A stretch of DNA of 64,000 bases, taken from NCBI GenBank assembly GCA_963813025.1, contig CAWEXO010000015.1:32001-96000 (forward strand), in the 5' to 3' direction. Positions within the stretch are counted from its first letter, which is position 1. Every line of letters starts with the position of its first letter. This stretch comes from an uncultured Verrucomicrobiae bacterium. GTDB taxonomy: Bacteria > Verrucomicrobiota > Verrucomicrobiia > Chthoniobacterales > JAFAMB01. Below the pieces are notes generated by a model. It saw nothing but the letters and a program-made list of their open reading frames with translations, was not told where the DNA came from and made no database searches. This document shows, piece after piece, positions 30,511 through 39,422 of the stretch. A program made the position numbers and the translations under genes.

Positions 30511-31254
30511 CACTTGCAGCCCGAAATCCGGGAACTTTAGATCCGAAATTTGCGGAGTGATCGCCTCAACATGCGCCTCTACAGCCTCCGTTTCGCTCAG
30601 CAACTCCTGCCTCACAAACCAATCTGGATGAAATATCGCAGGATTCAGTGCTCCAACCAATACTACGCTTATATCCTCATTGGCGGGATCGGGTAGTTGG
30701 GGCATAGCCTGTTCTCAACGGCTTTGAGCTTCCTGCTTTTGTGGCCGCTTTGCCCTGGACTCTGGCCTCGCTTCTCAGCAAAAGTCACGGCCAAAATACC
30801 TGGTTTCAGTACCTTTTCGCTGGGCAATACGCCTTTCGCATTACTGAACCTCTCAAGTTGGCTTGCCTCGGGGGTCCGGCCACTCCTTCCCTCCATTTTT
30901 GCGGAAAATTTCCGAGACAATGCTAGGTGGCGACCGTACCCCCTTTTGCGCGCAGAGGGTCGACCCCAGGGGGGAGGCGGTACGCCGAGCTAAAGAGATC
31001 TCCTCTCGACCGTCCTGGGCGATGCCTTTTGGTGGACCGACGACTCATTTGCTTTGGCGCGCGCCAAAGCATAGCGAACGAGTGGAGGGCCAGAAAGGAT
31101 CTCCTGGCTCAGGGTACTACAGGTCAAAAGCAGGTCACAAAACGTATGAATTACTGGGTTCAATTGGGTTCTAATGGGAAATACGACGAGACAGATCGTG
31201 GGAGGTCGGGTTCCGGCAATTCAGCCATGGAAGCGATTCTCCGAGGCAAAAGCA

Positions 31255-31342
31255 CGGTGAGGGAGGGATTCGAACCCTCGGTACCCTTTTGAGGTACAAC
31301 GCTTTAGCAAAGCGCCGCTTTCGACCGCTCAGCCACCTCACC
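31255..31342 (-). tRNA. tRNA-Ser(GCT), CCA not encoded
   Basis: GGTGAGG acceptor stem, anticodon arm GCGCT-TTGCTAA-AGCGT, long variable arm, GGTTCGAATCC T-arm. Confidence 0.95.
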
Positions 31343-31549
31343 GGACGAATGGGCGTTAGGGTATAGCGTCGAATCCGGCGCGGTCAAATGAAAGCTTGAA
31401 CCAAACTGTCTGGGACGATGATTTTCTATGAGCGCTCGTGCACAGAGATCGCACCACCGAACAATTCTCCAAGATTTCTCTTCTTTGTAACTGTCCGCGA
31501 AATGTTGTTTCCTGCGAGGATTTCGAAGGAGCCGGACAGTTTGAAGGTT

Positions 31550-31733
31550 CACCGGCAAGATGGCCGGTGTCACGGCGGGAAAGTGGCACAGGCGTCCAGC
31601 CTGTCAGTGGAGTCTGCGCGGACGCTGTGGCTGTCGGCTACGCCGCGCTGTGATCTCCGCGGTCTTCTGTTAAAATCCCCGCGGGGCTCGTCGTGCGTCA
31701 CTTCCCGAATACGGACGAGGCCGTCCGCGCTAC
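31550..31733. repeat. Cluster of REP-like hairpins
   Basis: CACCGGCAAGATGGCCGGTG, GTGGCACAGGCGTCCAGCCTGT, and TACGGACGAGGCCGTCCGCGCTAC (31710-31733, same family as 54909-55383). Confidence 0.65.
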
Positions 31734-31869
31734 TAGAGAAGCCGCTCGGCCGAGTTTGCCCCGTGGATTCTGTTTGCGAGGGTTTACGGCATCAATTTCC
31801 GATCAACCAAGCTACGGGCCAATCGAGGTGCCGAATTCTTTGCGCGTGATCCGTAACATCGATTTTCGG

Positions 31870-34824
31870 TTAGAATTTCTTCTCTACCGAAACGTAGAAG
31901 AATCGCTGGATATAATTTGCGTAGGATGTGTCGTACCCCTCAGTGCCACCGGAAGTCACCGAATCGGCGAAGGGTGGACGGGTATCGCCGATATTATTGA
32001 TTCCGAAGGTCAACGTCGTGCCGGCCAGCCACCGCCTCCAGCCCGCGGTGTTCCCCGTCGGAGCCGGTGCAATTGCCTTTTCCCCGACAATAGGCTTTCC
32101 TTCCTTGTCGTAACCCGGCTTTGGCGTTTCCGGCGTCACTACTTCCGGTCTGCCGAACTCGTAGGAGATCTGCCAGTCAAAAGTCAGCCAGTTCCCGACA
32201 GTCGGTGTTTGACTAACTCCCAATTGGGCTTCGATTTGACTGTTCGGAATTCCTTGCGCTTGGAAATCGTTTCCATCGTGTTCAGAATCCCAATAGTTGA
32301 GCGTAACCCCTGTTCGAACGCGATCTATATTGAAGACTGTTTTCGAATAAAAGACGCTGGCGATCAGGTGGAAATCGGGACCTACTCCATTAGCCGGTGA
32401 GGAGTCTGTAACATTAAAAACGGGACCATTCGGCAGGACTTGTTCGGCGATGTGATAAAAGTAGGTCGCGTCAACCTCAGACTCCAGCTTACCCCAATTG
32501 AACTCCTTCGTGTTATAGGTGCCACCAAAAGAGACGCTATCCACGCGAATCGATCCAAGGTTCATAAAGGGGTCGTCAACTGAGAAGATCGTGCCATCCG
32601 CACTGCGGGTCACGAAGCCCGGGAATAGCCCGGGATTGGAAACTATAAATTGCGCGGGCACCGTACCGATCACGTCTCTCTTAAGAATTTCGCTCCAGTC
32701 AACGTATAAGCTCAATCCGTTTGCCCATCCCCACCAACTGTGATGTGGATCAGCGCTGCCCGGACTCCACACTGCTCCGGCATAATATCCATACGATATT
32801 TCGGGTTTCAGATGGGGGTTTCCACCGCTGACAGTCTCGACTGCGGGAGAACCTGAAGTACCCGGGGGCGCAAAGGGGTCGCTCACAATTTCAAAACCTG
32901 TAAGAGTTGCTGAGTACAGTTCGAAGAGTGACGGGGCTCTGAAGCCTTCGGAGTAGCTCGCGCGCAACGTCAAGTCATCGAATGGCTTGTAGCGAATCGA
33001 AAACTTCGGTTTCCATGCACTGCCAAAGCTGCTGTAGTCATCGTAACGTTCAGCCAGAATGACCTCCAGAAGCCGCATGCCAGGCCAGGACCATTTTTCT
33101 CCAAAGATTGGAAGGGTCAGTTGCCCATAGCCTGCGCGATCGTAGTCACGACCGCCTTGGTTTGGGCTGCCTCCCGCGGCAACGATGTCACCAAACCTCT
33201 GAGCATCGTCTTTCCGATCGACATAGGTCTGACTGCGGTACTCCAAGCCTGCGCCGGCTTGGATTGCGCCGGCCGGCACATAGACCACATCGCCACCCGT
33301 GGTCAACAGCCATTGGGTCAGGTCGGTTCGCGCGTCTTCCGTGGCCTGGTATTGACGCAAAGCGTTGAGGAGGCTGTTGTTGACCGGGTTTCCGCTCTGC
33401 GTATCGAAAAATGGATTAAAAAAAACACCCTCAAATCCAGGCAAAGTGCCGGACAGGGCCTCATTCAGTTCCGATTTCCTGACAAGGTTATATCGCTTTA
33501 TTGTCCCGTCCGTCTCCGCGTAATTAAAACTGCCGTCGACAAACCAGTTATTTGGCAGATTGATCAGACTGATGCCGACAATGTTCCGGAAATTTGTGAC
33601 GTCGGTGATTGTTTTCCGTTGACCAAGGTTCGCTAAGCGACCTCTATCCCAAAAAAGACTTTCACCAAAAGGATTAAATGGGTTATCCGCGGGAACATTG
33701 ATTCCATCGGTATTCGTGATTAGAGTCGGGGAATTCGAGGCCCTTTCTTCTGTCTTCGCAATGGTGAAGGTGTCGTAAAATCTCAGTTTTTCGAATGGTT
33801 GATAGTTGAGATTAACCAGGCCTCCAATCCGTTCTTCGCGAGGAACTAATTGAACGCCAGATACTGTATTAAACAGAAATGGCTCAAGTCCCTCGCCGAT
33901 CGTAACGTCGTTTGGACCAGGTATATTGCCGCCAAAGCCCAGACTAATACGATAATCCAGGCCAGTGTCATTTCCGACAAAAAAAGGAGCTGTATTCCGC
34001 GATGAGCGGTGATCTTTGTAATCGGAGGGACCTCTCAGCAGGTGGTCTACGTTCGAGGAAAACGCCCGGTCCACGGCATCGATCGGGCTGCTGCTGTAGT
34101 AGTCGAACGCTCCAGTAAGGTCAAACTTGGCGCCTTTGTCGTTCAATTGGGCGATTCCGAAGGTTGCTTGCTGGTGGTAGGTTTCATAGTCGCCGCGCTG
34201 GCTGATGCCAAAGTAGCTATTGATATCCCCGCCATTGTAGTCGCTCTTGAGGATTATGTTGATGACGCCCGCAATCGCGTCCGAACCGTAAACGGCACTT
34301 GCCCCATCCTTGAGATATTCAATTCGATCCACCGCCGCCAACGGAATTGAGTTGAGATCGACAAACGGCGTCGATCCGTTTTGCGGAAACGGATATTGAG
34401 TTTGGCGGTGGCCGTCGATCAGTACAAGAGTCGACTGGGACCCGAGGCCCTGCAGGCTTATAGCAGATCCGCCAGGTGCGAAGGACAAACCAGCGTTGAC
34501 GGTCGGCGTAAAGGCCCCAACGTTTTCGGGCAATCGCGCGAGCACGTCGGAAACGGTTTGGTCGCCCCTTTTTGCGATAAAATCGCGATCAAGAGTCGTC
34601 ACCGGCTGCGTGCCGACACCGACCCGCGGTACGATATAACCAGTAACGGTGATCTGTTGAAGCTGCCCGGGCGAGGTACCGCCCGCCGACGCCGTCTGCG
34701 CTGGTTGATCAGCTGCGGCGGCTCCCGGTGCAGGCTGTGGAACGGCCGGATCCGTACTCTGGCTCAGGGCAGCCGTCGCGAAAATGCACATCCCTGCAGG
34801 CACGGCCAAGTACTTGCAAACCAT
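31870..34824 (-). CDS. TonB-dependent receptor 1
   Basis: Signal peptide, QITVTG TonB box, plug TLVLIDG..RIEYLKDGASAVYGSDAIAGVINII, FRAPSL, NNIGD, C-terminal F. Confidence 0.95.
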   Translation of the reverse strand: MVCKYLAVPAGMCIFATAALSQSTDPAVPQPAPGAAAADQPAQTASAGGTSPGQLQQITVTGYIVPRVGVGTQPVTTLDRDFIAKRGDQTVSDVLARLPENVGAFTPTVNAGLSFAPGGSAISLQGLGSQSTLVLIDGHRQTQYPFPQNGSTPFVDLNSIPLAAVDRIEYLKDGASAVYGSDAIAGVINIILKSDYNGGDINSYFGISQRGDYETYHQQATFGIAQLNDKGAKFDLTGAFDYYSSSPIDAVDRAFSSNVDHLLRGPSDYKDHRSSRNTAPFFVGNDTGLDYRISLGFGGNIPGPNDVTIGEGLEPFLFNTVSGVQLVPREERIGGLVNLNYQPFEKLRFYDTFTIAKTEERASNSPTLITNTDGINVPADNPFNPFGESLFWDRGRLANLGQRKTITDVTNFRNIVGISLINLPNNWFVDGSFNYAETDGTIKRYNLVRKSELNEALSGTLPGFEGVFFNPFFDTQSGNPVNNSLLNALRQYQATEDARTDLTQWLLTTGGDVVYVPAGAIQAGAGLEYRSQTYVDRKDDAQRFGDIVAAGGSPNQGGRDYDRAGYGQLTLPIFGEKWSWPGMRLLEVILAERYDDYSSFGSAWKPKFSIRYKPFDDLTLRASYSEGFRAPSLFELYSATLTGFEIVSDPFAPPGTSGSPAVETVSGGNPHLKPEISYGYYAGAVWSPGSADPHHSWWGWANGLSLYVDWSEILKRDVIGTVPAQFIVSNPGLFPGFVTRSADGTIFSVDDPFMNLGSIRVDSVSFGGTYNTKEFNWGKLESEVDATYFYHIAEQVLPNGPVFNVTDSSPANGVGPDFHLIASVFYSKTVFNIDRVRTGVTLNYWDSEHDGNDFQAQGIPNSQIEAQLGVSQTPTVGNWLTFDWQISYEFGRPEVVTPETPKPGYDKEGKPIVGEKAIAPAPTGNTAGWRRWLAGTTLTFGINNIGDTRPPFADSVTSGGTEGYDTSYANYIQRFFYVSVEKKF

Positions 34825-34850
34825 TAAAGACTTCCTGGTTAACAAAAGAT

Positions 34851-34899
34851 CTAAATAAATTTGAACGATTTTGGCGAAAGATTGCCAACCTCGAAACTT
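34851..34899 (-). promoter_or_regulatory. Conserved upstream (promoter) block of receptor 1
   Basis: Near-identical to 38060-38098; TTGGCA at the -35 position. Confidence 0.55.
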
Positions 34900-35075
34900 G
34901 AGGCCGGCGGATTAAAGTTGTCCGAGACGGCATCCACCCATCCACCGAACAATTCTCCAAGATTTCTCCTCGTCAGCGATCTTGGCGACCTTCTGTTCAA
35001 AACCGTCACCGCTGCCCACCCGGAAGCGCGATTACGCCGAACTGCGGCGCAGTTCCGCGTACTTTTAATTTTCGG

Positions 35076-38033
35076 TTAGAATTTCTTCTCTACCGAAACG
35101 TAGAAGAATCGCTGGATGTAATTTGCGTATGACGGGTCATACCCCTCCGTTCCGGCAGCGGTCGCCTGATCGGCAAAAGGCGGACGGGTATCACCGATGT
35201 TATTGATTCCGAAGGTGAACGCCGTACCGGCTAGCCACCGCCTCCAGCCCGCACTGCTCCCGGCCGGAGCCGGTGCAATTGCCTGTTGTCCGACGATCGG
35301 CTTGCCTTCTTTGTCGTAGCCCGGCTTCGGTGTTTCGGGCGTGACAACCTCCGGCTGGCCGAACTCGTAAGAGATCTGCCAGTCAAAAGTGAGCCAGTTC
35401 CCGACGGTTGGTGTTTGACTCACTCCCAATTGGGCTTCGATTTGACTGTTCGGAATCCCTTCCGCCTGGAAATCGTTACCATCGTGCTCAGAATCGTAAA
35501 AATTAAGGGTTACTCCTGTTCGAATGCGATCTACCCCAAATACTGTTTTCGAATAAAAGAGGCTGGCGATCAGGTGGAAATCAGGGCCCACTCCATTGAA
35601 TGGAGAAGAATCGGTAATGTTCAGGACATTGCCATTCGGCACGATCTGTTCGGCAATATGATAGAAGTAGGTCGCATCAGCCTCAAACTCCAGCTTACCC
35701 CAGTCGTACTCCTTTGTGTTGTAGGTGCCACCAAAGGAGACACTATCGACCCGAATTGATCCAAGGTTCAAAAACGGGTCGTTAACCGAGAAGATCGTGC
35801 CGTCCGCACTGCGTGTCACCGCGCCTGGGAAGAGCCCGGGATTGGAAACCACAAATTGCGCGGGCACGGTGCCGATCACGCTTCTCTTATAAATTTCGCT
35901 CCAGTCAACGTATAAGCTCAATCCGTTAGCCCATCCCCACCAACTGTGTTCCGGATCAGTACTGCCCGGACTCCACACTGCACCGGCATAATACCCGTAA
36001 GATATTTCGGGCTTCAGATGAGGGTTTCCACCGCTGACAACCTGGACTTCGGGAGAAGACGAAGTACCCGGAGGCGCAAAGGGGTCGTTGACCACCGTAA
36101 ACGCTGTGAGGTTAGCGGAGAAAAGTTCGAAGAGTGAGGGCGCCCTGAACCCTTCCGAATAGCTCGCGCGGAACGTCAAATCATCGAATGGCTTGTAGCG
36201 AACCGAAAACTTAGGCTTCCAGGCACTGCCAAAACTGCTGTAGTCGTCGTAGCGTTCAGCCAGAATGAATTCCAAAAGCCGCATGCCTGGCCAGGACCAT
36301 TTTTCTCCGAAGACCGGAATGGTTAGTTGTCCATAGCCTGCACGATCATAGTCTCGACCACCTTGGTTTGGGCTACCTCCCTGCGCAACGACATCTCCAA
36401 ACCTTTGAGCATCGTCTTTCCGATCGACGTAGGTCTGACTGCGGTACTCAAAGCCTGCGCCAGCTTGGAGTGCACCGCCCGGCAGATAGACCACATCACC
36501 ACCCGTTGTCACCAGCCATTGGGTCAGGTCGGTTCGCGCGTCTTGTGTGCCCTGATACTGACGCAACGCGTTGAGAAGACCGTTGTTGACCGGGTTTCCG
36601 CTCTGCGTATCGAAAAATGGATTGAAAAAAACACCCTCAAATCCAGGCAAAGTGCCGGAGAGGGCCGCATTCAGTTGCGATCTCCTGACAAAGTTATTTA
36701 ACCTTATCGTTCCGTCCGTCTCTGCATAGTTGAAGCTGGCATCGACAAACCAGTTATTTGGCAGATTTATCAGACTAACTCCCACGATGTTGCGAAAATT
36801 GGTGAGGTCAGTGGTAGTTTTCCGTTGGCCGAGATTTGCTAAGCGCCCTCTGTCCCAGAAAAGGCTTTCACCAAATGGATTGAACGGATTGTCCGCAGGC
36901 ACATTGATACCGTCGGTATTCGTAATTGGCGTGGGCGTAAACGAGGCAATTTCTTTCGAGTGTGCAATGGTGAACGTGTCGTAAAACTTCAGTTTCTCAA
37001 ATGGCTGATAAATGACATTAACCAAGCCTCCAATCCGCTCTTCCCGAGGAACTAATTGAACTCCGGATACAGTATTAAAGAGGAATGGCTCAAGCCCGGT
37101 GCCGATCGTAACGTCGTTCGGGCCAGGTATATTTCCGCCGAAACCCAAATTGATTCGATATTCGAGGCCAGTGTCATTCCCGACAAAAAAAGGAGCGGTG
37201 TTTCGCGATGAGCGGTGATCGGTGTAGTCGGAAGGGCCTCTCGGTACGTGGTTAACGTTCGAGGAAAACCCGCGATCGATAGCATCGATCGGGCTGCTGC
37301 TGAAGTAGTCAAACGATCCTACCAGATCAAACTTAGCGCCATTCTCATTCAGTTGATGGGCAATTCCAAAGGTTGCTTGCTGATGGAACGTTTCATAGTC
37401 ACCGCGTTGGCTGATACCAAAATAGCTGTTGATATCACCCCCACTGTACTCGCTCTTGAGGATTACGTTGATGACGCCCGCGATTGCGTCTGAGCCGTAC
37501 ACGGCGCTTGCCCCGTCTTTGAGAAATTCAATCCGGTCGACGGCAGCCAGTGGAATTGTATTGAGATCGACAAACGGCTGAAATCCGTTTTGCGGAAAGG
37601 GAAAGATGGCTTGGCGGTGGCCATCGATCAGCACAAGAGTCGACTGCGGCCCGAGGCCCTGCAGGCTTATGGACGATCCCGCAGGGGAAAAGGACGCACC
37701 AGCATTGACAGTAGGAGTAAAGTTCCCAACGTTCTCGGGCAACCGTTGCAGCACATCAGAAACGGTTTGATCGCCCCTTTTTGAGATAAAATCCCGATCA
37801 AGGGTGGTCACCGGCTGCGTGCCGGCGCCGACACGTGGTATGATATAACCAGTAACCGTGATCTGTTGAAGCTGCCCGGGCGAGGTACCGCCCGGCTGCC
37901 CGGTCGGTGCGGGGGGAGGAGCCGAAGCGGGCTCAGTTCCCGAAGGTGGAGCGGCCGGATCCGTATTCTGGCTTAGGGCTGCCGCCGCGAAAATGCACAG
38001 GCATGCAGGCAAGGCCAAGTATTTGCAAATCAT
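35076..38033 (-). CDS. TonB-dependent receptor 2 (close paralogue of receptor 1)
   Basis: Same motifs and long identical stretches; start taken at ATG 38033 (MICKYL, cf. MVCKYL). Confidence 0.95.
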   Translation of the reverse strand: MICKYLALPACLCIFAAAALSQNTDPAAPPSGTEPASAPPPAPTGQPGGTSPGQLQQITVTGYIIPRVGAGTQPVTTLDRDFISKRGDQTVSDVLQRLPENVGNFTPTVNAGASFSPAGSSISLQGLGPQSTLVLIDGHRQAIFPFPQNGFQPFVDLNTIPLAAVDRIEFLKDGASAVYGSDAIAGVINVILKSEYSGGDINSYFGISQRGDYETFHQQATFGIAHQLNENGAKFDLVGSFDYFSSSPIDAIDRGFSSNVNHVPRGPSDYTDHRSSRNTAPFFVGNDTGLEYRINLGFGGNIPGPNDVTIGTGLEPFLFNTVSGVQLVPREERIGGLVNVIYQPFEKLKFYDTFTIAHSKEIASFTPTPITNTDGINVPADNPFNPFGESLFWDRGRLANLGQRKTTTDLTNFRNIVGVSLINLPNNWFVDASFNYAETDGTIRLNNFVRRSQLNAALSGTLPGFEGVFFNPFFDTQSGNPVNNGLLNALRQYQGTQDARTDLTQWLVTTGGDVVYLPGGALQAGAGFEYRSQTYVDRKDDAQRFGDVVAQGGSPNQGGRDYDRAGYGQLTIPVFGEKWSWPGMRLLEFILAERYDDYSSFGSAWKPKFSVRYKPFDDLTFRASYSEGFRAPSLFELFSANLTAFTVVNDPFAPPGTSSSPEVQVVSGGNPHLKPEISYGYYAGAVWSPGSTDPEHSWWGWANGLSLYVDWSEIYKRSVIGTVPAQFVVSNPGLFPGAVTRSADGTIFSVNDPFLNLGSIRVDSVSFGGTYNTKEYDWGKLEFEADATYFYHIAEQIVPNGNVLNITDSSPFNGVGPDFHLIASLFYSKTVFGVDRIRTGVTLNFYDSEHDGNDFQAEGIPNSQIEAQLGVSQTPTVGNWLTFDWQISYEFGQPEVVTPETPKPGYDKEGKPIVGQQAIAPAPAGSSAGWRRWLAGTAFTFGINNIGDTRPPFADQATAAGTEGYDPSYANYIQRFFYVSVEKKF

Positions 38034-38059
38034 TAAAGTCTCCCCGGTAATAAAAAATG

Positions 38060-38098
38060 TAAATAAATTTGAACGATTTTGGCGAAAGATTGTCAACC
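38060..38098 (-). promoter_or_regulatory. Sigma70-like promoter of receptor 2
   Basis: GGTTGACAATCTTTCGCCAAAATCGTTCAAATTTATTTA with consensus TTGACA. Confidence 0.6.
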
Positions 38099-38230
38099 CG
38101 TAAACTCGTGCCTGCTGTAGTAAAGGTGCTTTGTTGGAATCCCGCAGCGCTTTTTCGGTGGCAGGCCATCGAATTTTCTTTCCAACGGGTCTCGTGTTCG
38201 GCATCCTGCAGGGTCGTATTGGAGGTAAGA

Positions 38231-38626
38231 ATGGACCACTGGGGCGTTGTTCAAACCAAGTTGTTGCTTCCGTTTTTGTTTTTGCAGGCTATTGCGGGCG
38301 CTGCCTGTCTTGCCGGTCCAACTGTCGCTTCGGACCAAACGGGGAAGATCGTCCCAAAATCCGTGCTGATTGTATCCGAGCCGACGGGCGCAGCGGTTTC
38401 CATCAATGGTCAACGGGTCGGCACGACGCCCTGCGTCGTTGATCTCGCGGTAAAGGCAAACGGCCAGTGCGTCCGGCCATTGCTGATCCGTGCGGAAAAG
38501 CTCCCGGCATTTGCCTATGAAGCTGAGCGGCTCTTTCCCGGCAAAGAAAAGGACGGTGCATCGAACTACGTTCCGCCGGTGCTGCGGTTCGATCTGAATG
38601 TGCAACGAGTCGTGACGTTTCGTTAG
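38231..38626 (+). CDS. Exported PEGA-domain protein
   Basis: GGAGG RBS, signal peptide, IVSEPTGAAVSINGQRVGTTP. Confidence 0.85.
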   Translation: MDHWGVVQTKLLLPFLFLQAIAGAACLAGPTVASDQTGKIVPKSVLIVSEPTGAAVSINGQRVGTTPCVVDLAVKANGQCVRPLLIRAEKLPAFAYEAERLFPGKEKDGASNYVPPVLRFDLNVQRVVTFR

Positions 38627-38720
38627 CCCGCCTTGCTCACGAATCCTTAGGGATTTGCGAGCAAGGCAGGCTATGGCAGCAGAATTGTCCGGCTACGTCG
38701 GAGAATTCTGCTGCTTTTTC
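38627..38720 (+). terminator. Two hairpins, the second an intrinsic terminator
   Basis: GCCTTGCTCACGAATCC/GGATTTGCGAGCAAGGC, then GCAGCAGAATT..AATTCTGCTGC-TTTTT. Confidence 0.65.
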
Positions 38721-38992
38721 AAAGAAGAGTCGGAAATCAGTTTGTTCGGATTCATTTATTTTGGATAGGCGCGCAGCATCTATTAAGAGACCTCTAGCCC
38801 GCAAACGGCTGCTCATTTCGGATCGGCAGGCTGATAGTAACGCAAATGCCTAGCCGAGCGTTCGCTGAAGCCGCGATTCCTTGCAGCCGCCGAATCAAGG
38901 AATTTTGGACTGACCGTTATAAGCGAAATCGATCAGAAACTGTCCCACTGCGCGCCGATTCCATTCGCCAAAGCAGGCGTTTGCTGGCTCGC

Positions 38993-39058
38993 GCGATATT
39001 GTCCAAAGTTGTGCATTCGGGGCGGGCACATCCAAATTTAAAGTGACTATTTAGGCGG
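38993..39058 (-). mobile_element. Orphan right end of an IS256 relative
   Basis: GATATTGTCCAAAGTTGTGCATTCGGGGCGGGCACATCC matches the reverse complement of the IS end (GATATTGTCAAAAGTTGTGTATTGGGAACGGGCGCATCC) at 33/39 positions. Confidence 0.8.
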
Positions 39059-39179
39059 ATTGCGAAGGTTCTTTTTCTCAGTTTTCGCGCCTAAACCGTG
39101 GTATTTCATACGTTTCTCCCGCACGCTCGTCCGCGGTGACAAGTTCGTGACAAAATTGTTCAAAAATCGTGGCAAATAC

Positions 39180-39208
39180 TTGACAGTGAATCTCAAATTT
39201 TTTAGAAA
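39180..39208 (+). promoter_or_regulatory. Sigma70-like promoter of receptor 3
   Basis: TTGACA-N17-TAGAAA. Confidence 0.6.
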
Positions 39209-39422
39209 AACGGCGCATTCGGGTGAAATAACTAACCATAACTCGTTTGAAAACACAGAGAGAGCTCCCGGCACACATGGTGCCGATTCATCGTTGGCAG
39301 CCCCTCAAATGCAGATCCCTTAACCAGAACTGCGAACACTGTTGCGAATTGTCCATGGCGCTCGGCCTCCCGCCGGGGCTTTGGCGTTTTTTTCTGGAAT
39401 AAACCAAGGAGTACAACTAAGA

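Larger units (their letters stand above)
28617..30705 (-). pseudogene. TIGR04255-like protein (223 aa when rejoined) interrupted by IS256
   Basis: 5' part SVVLVGALNPAIFHPDWF...FGLQV (30705-30511) rejoins in frame to LQNRL...LSHTPISAAGIN (29093-28617) once the IS and one target copy are removed. Confidence 0.85.

Noticed and set aside
30921..31200. Integrase remnant next to tRNA-Ser
   Set aside because: The position fits, but I saw no tyrosine or serine recombinase motif in the frames examined
39250..39300. SAM-I riboswitch (CCCGGCA...GGTGCC)
   Set aside because: Resembles the P3 stem only; the P1, P2 and P4 signatures are absent. Kept only as an unknown leader
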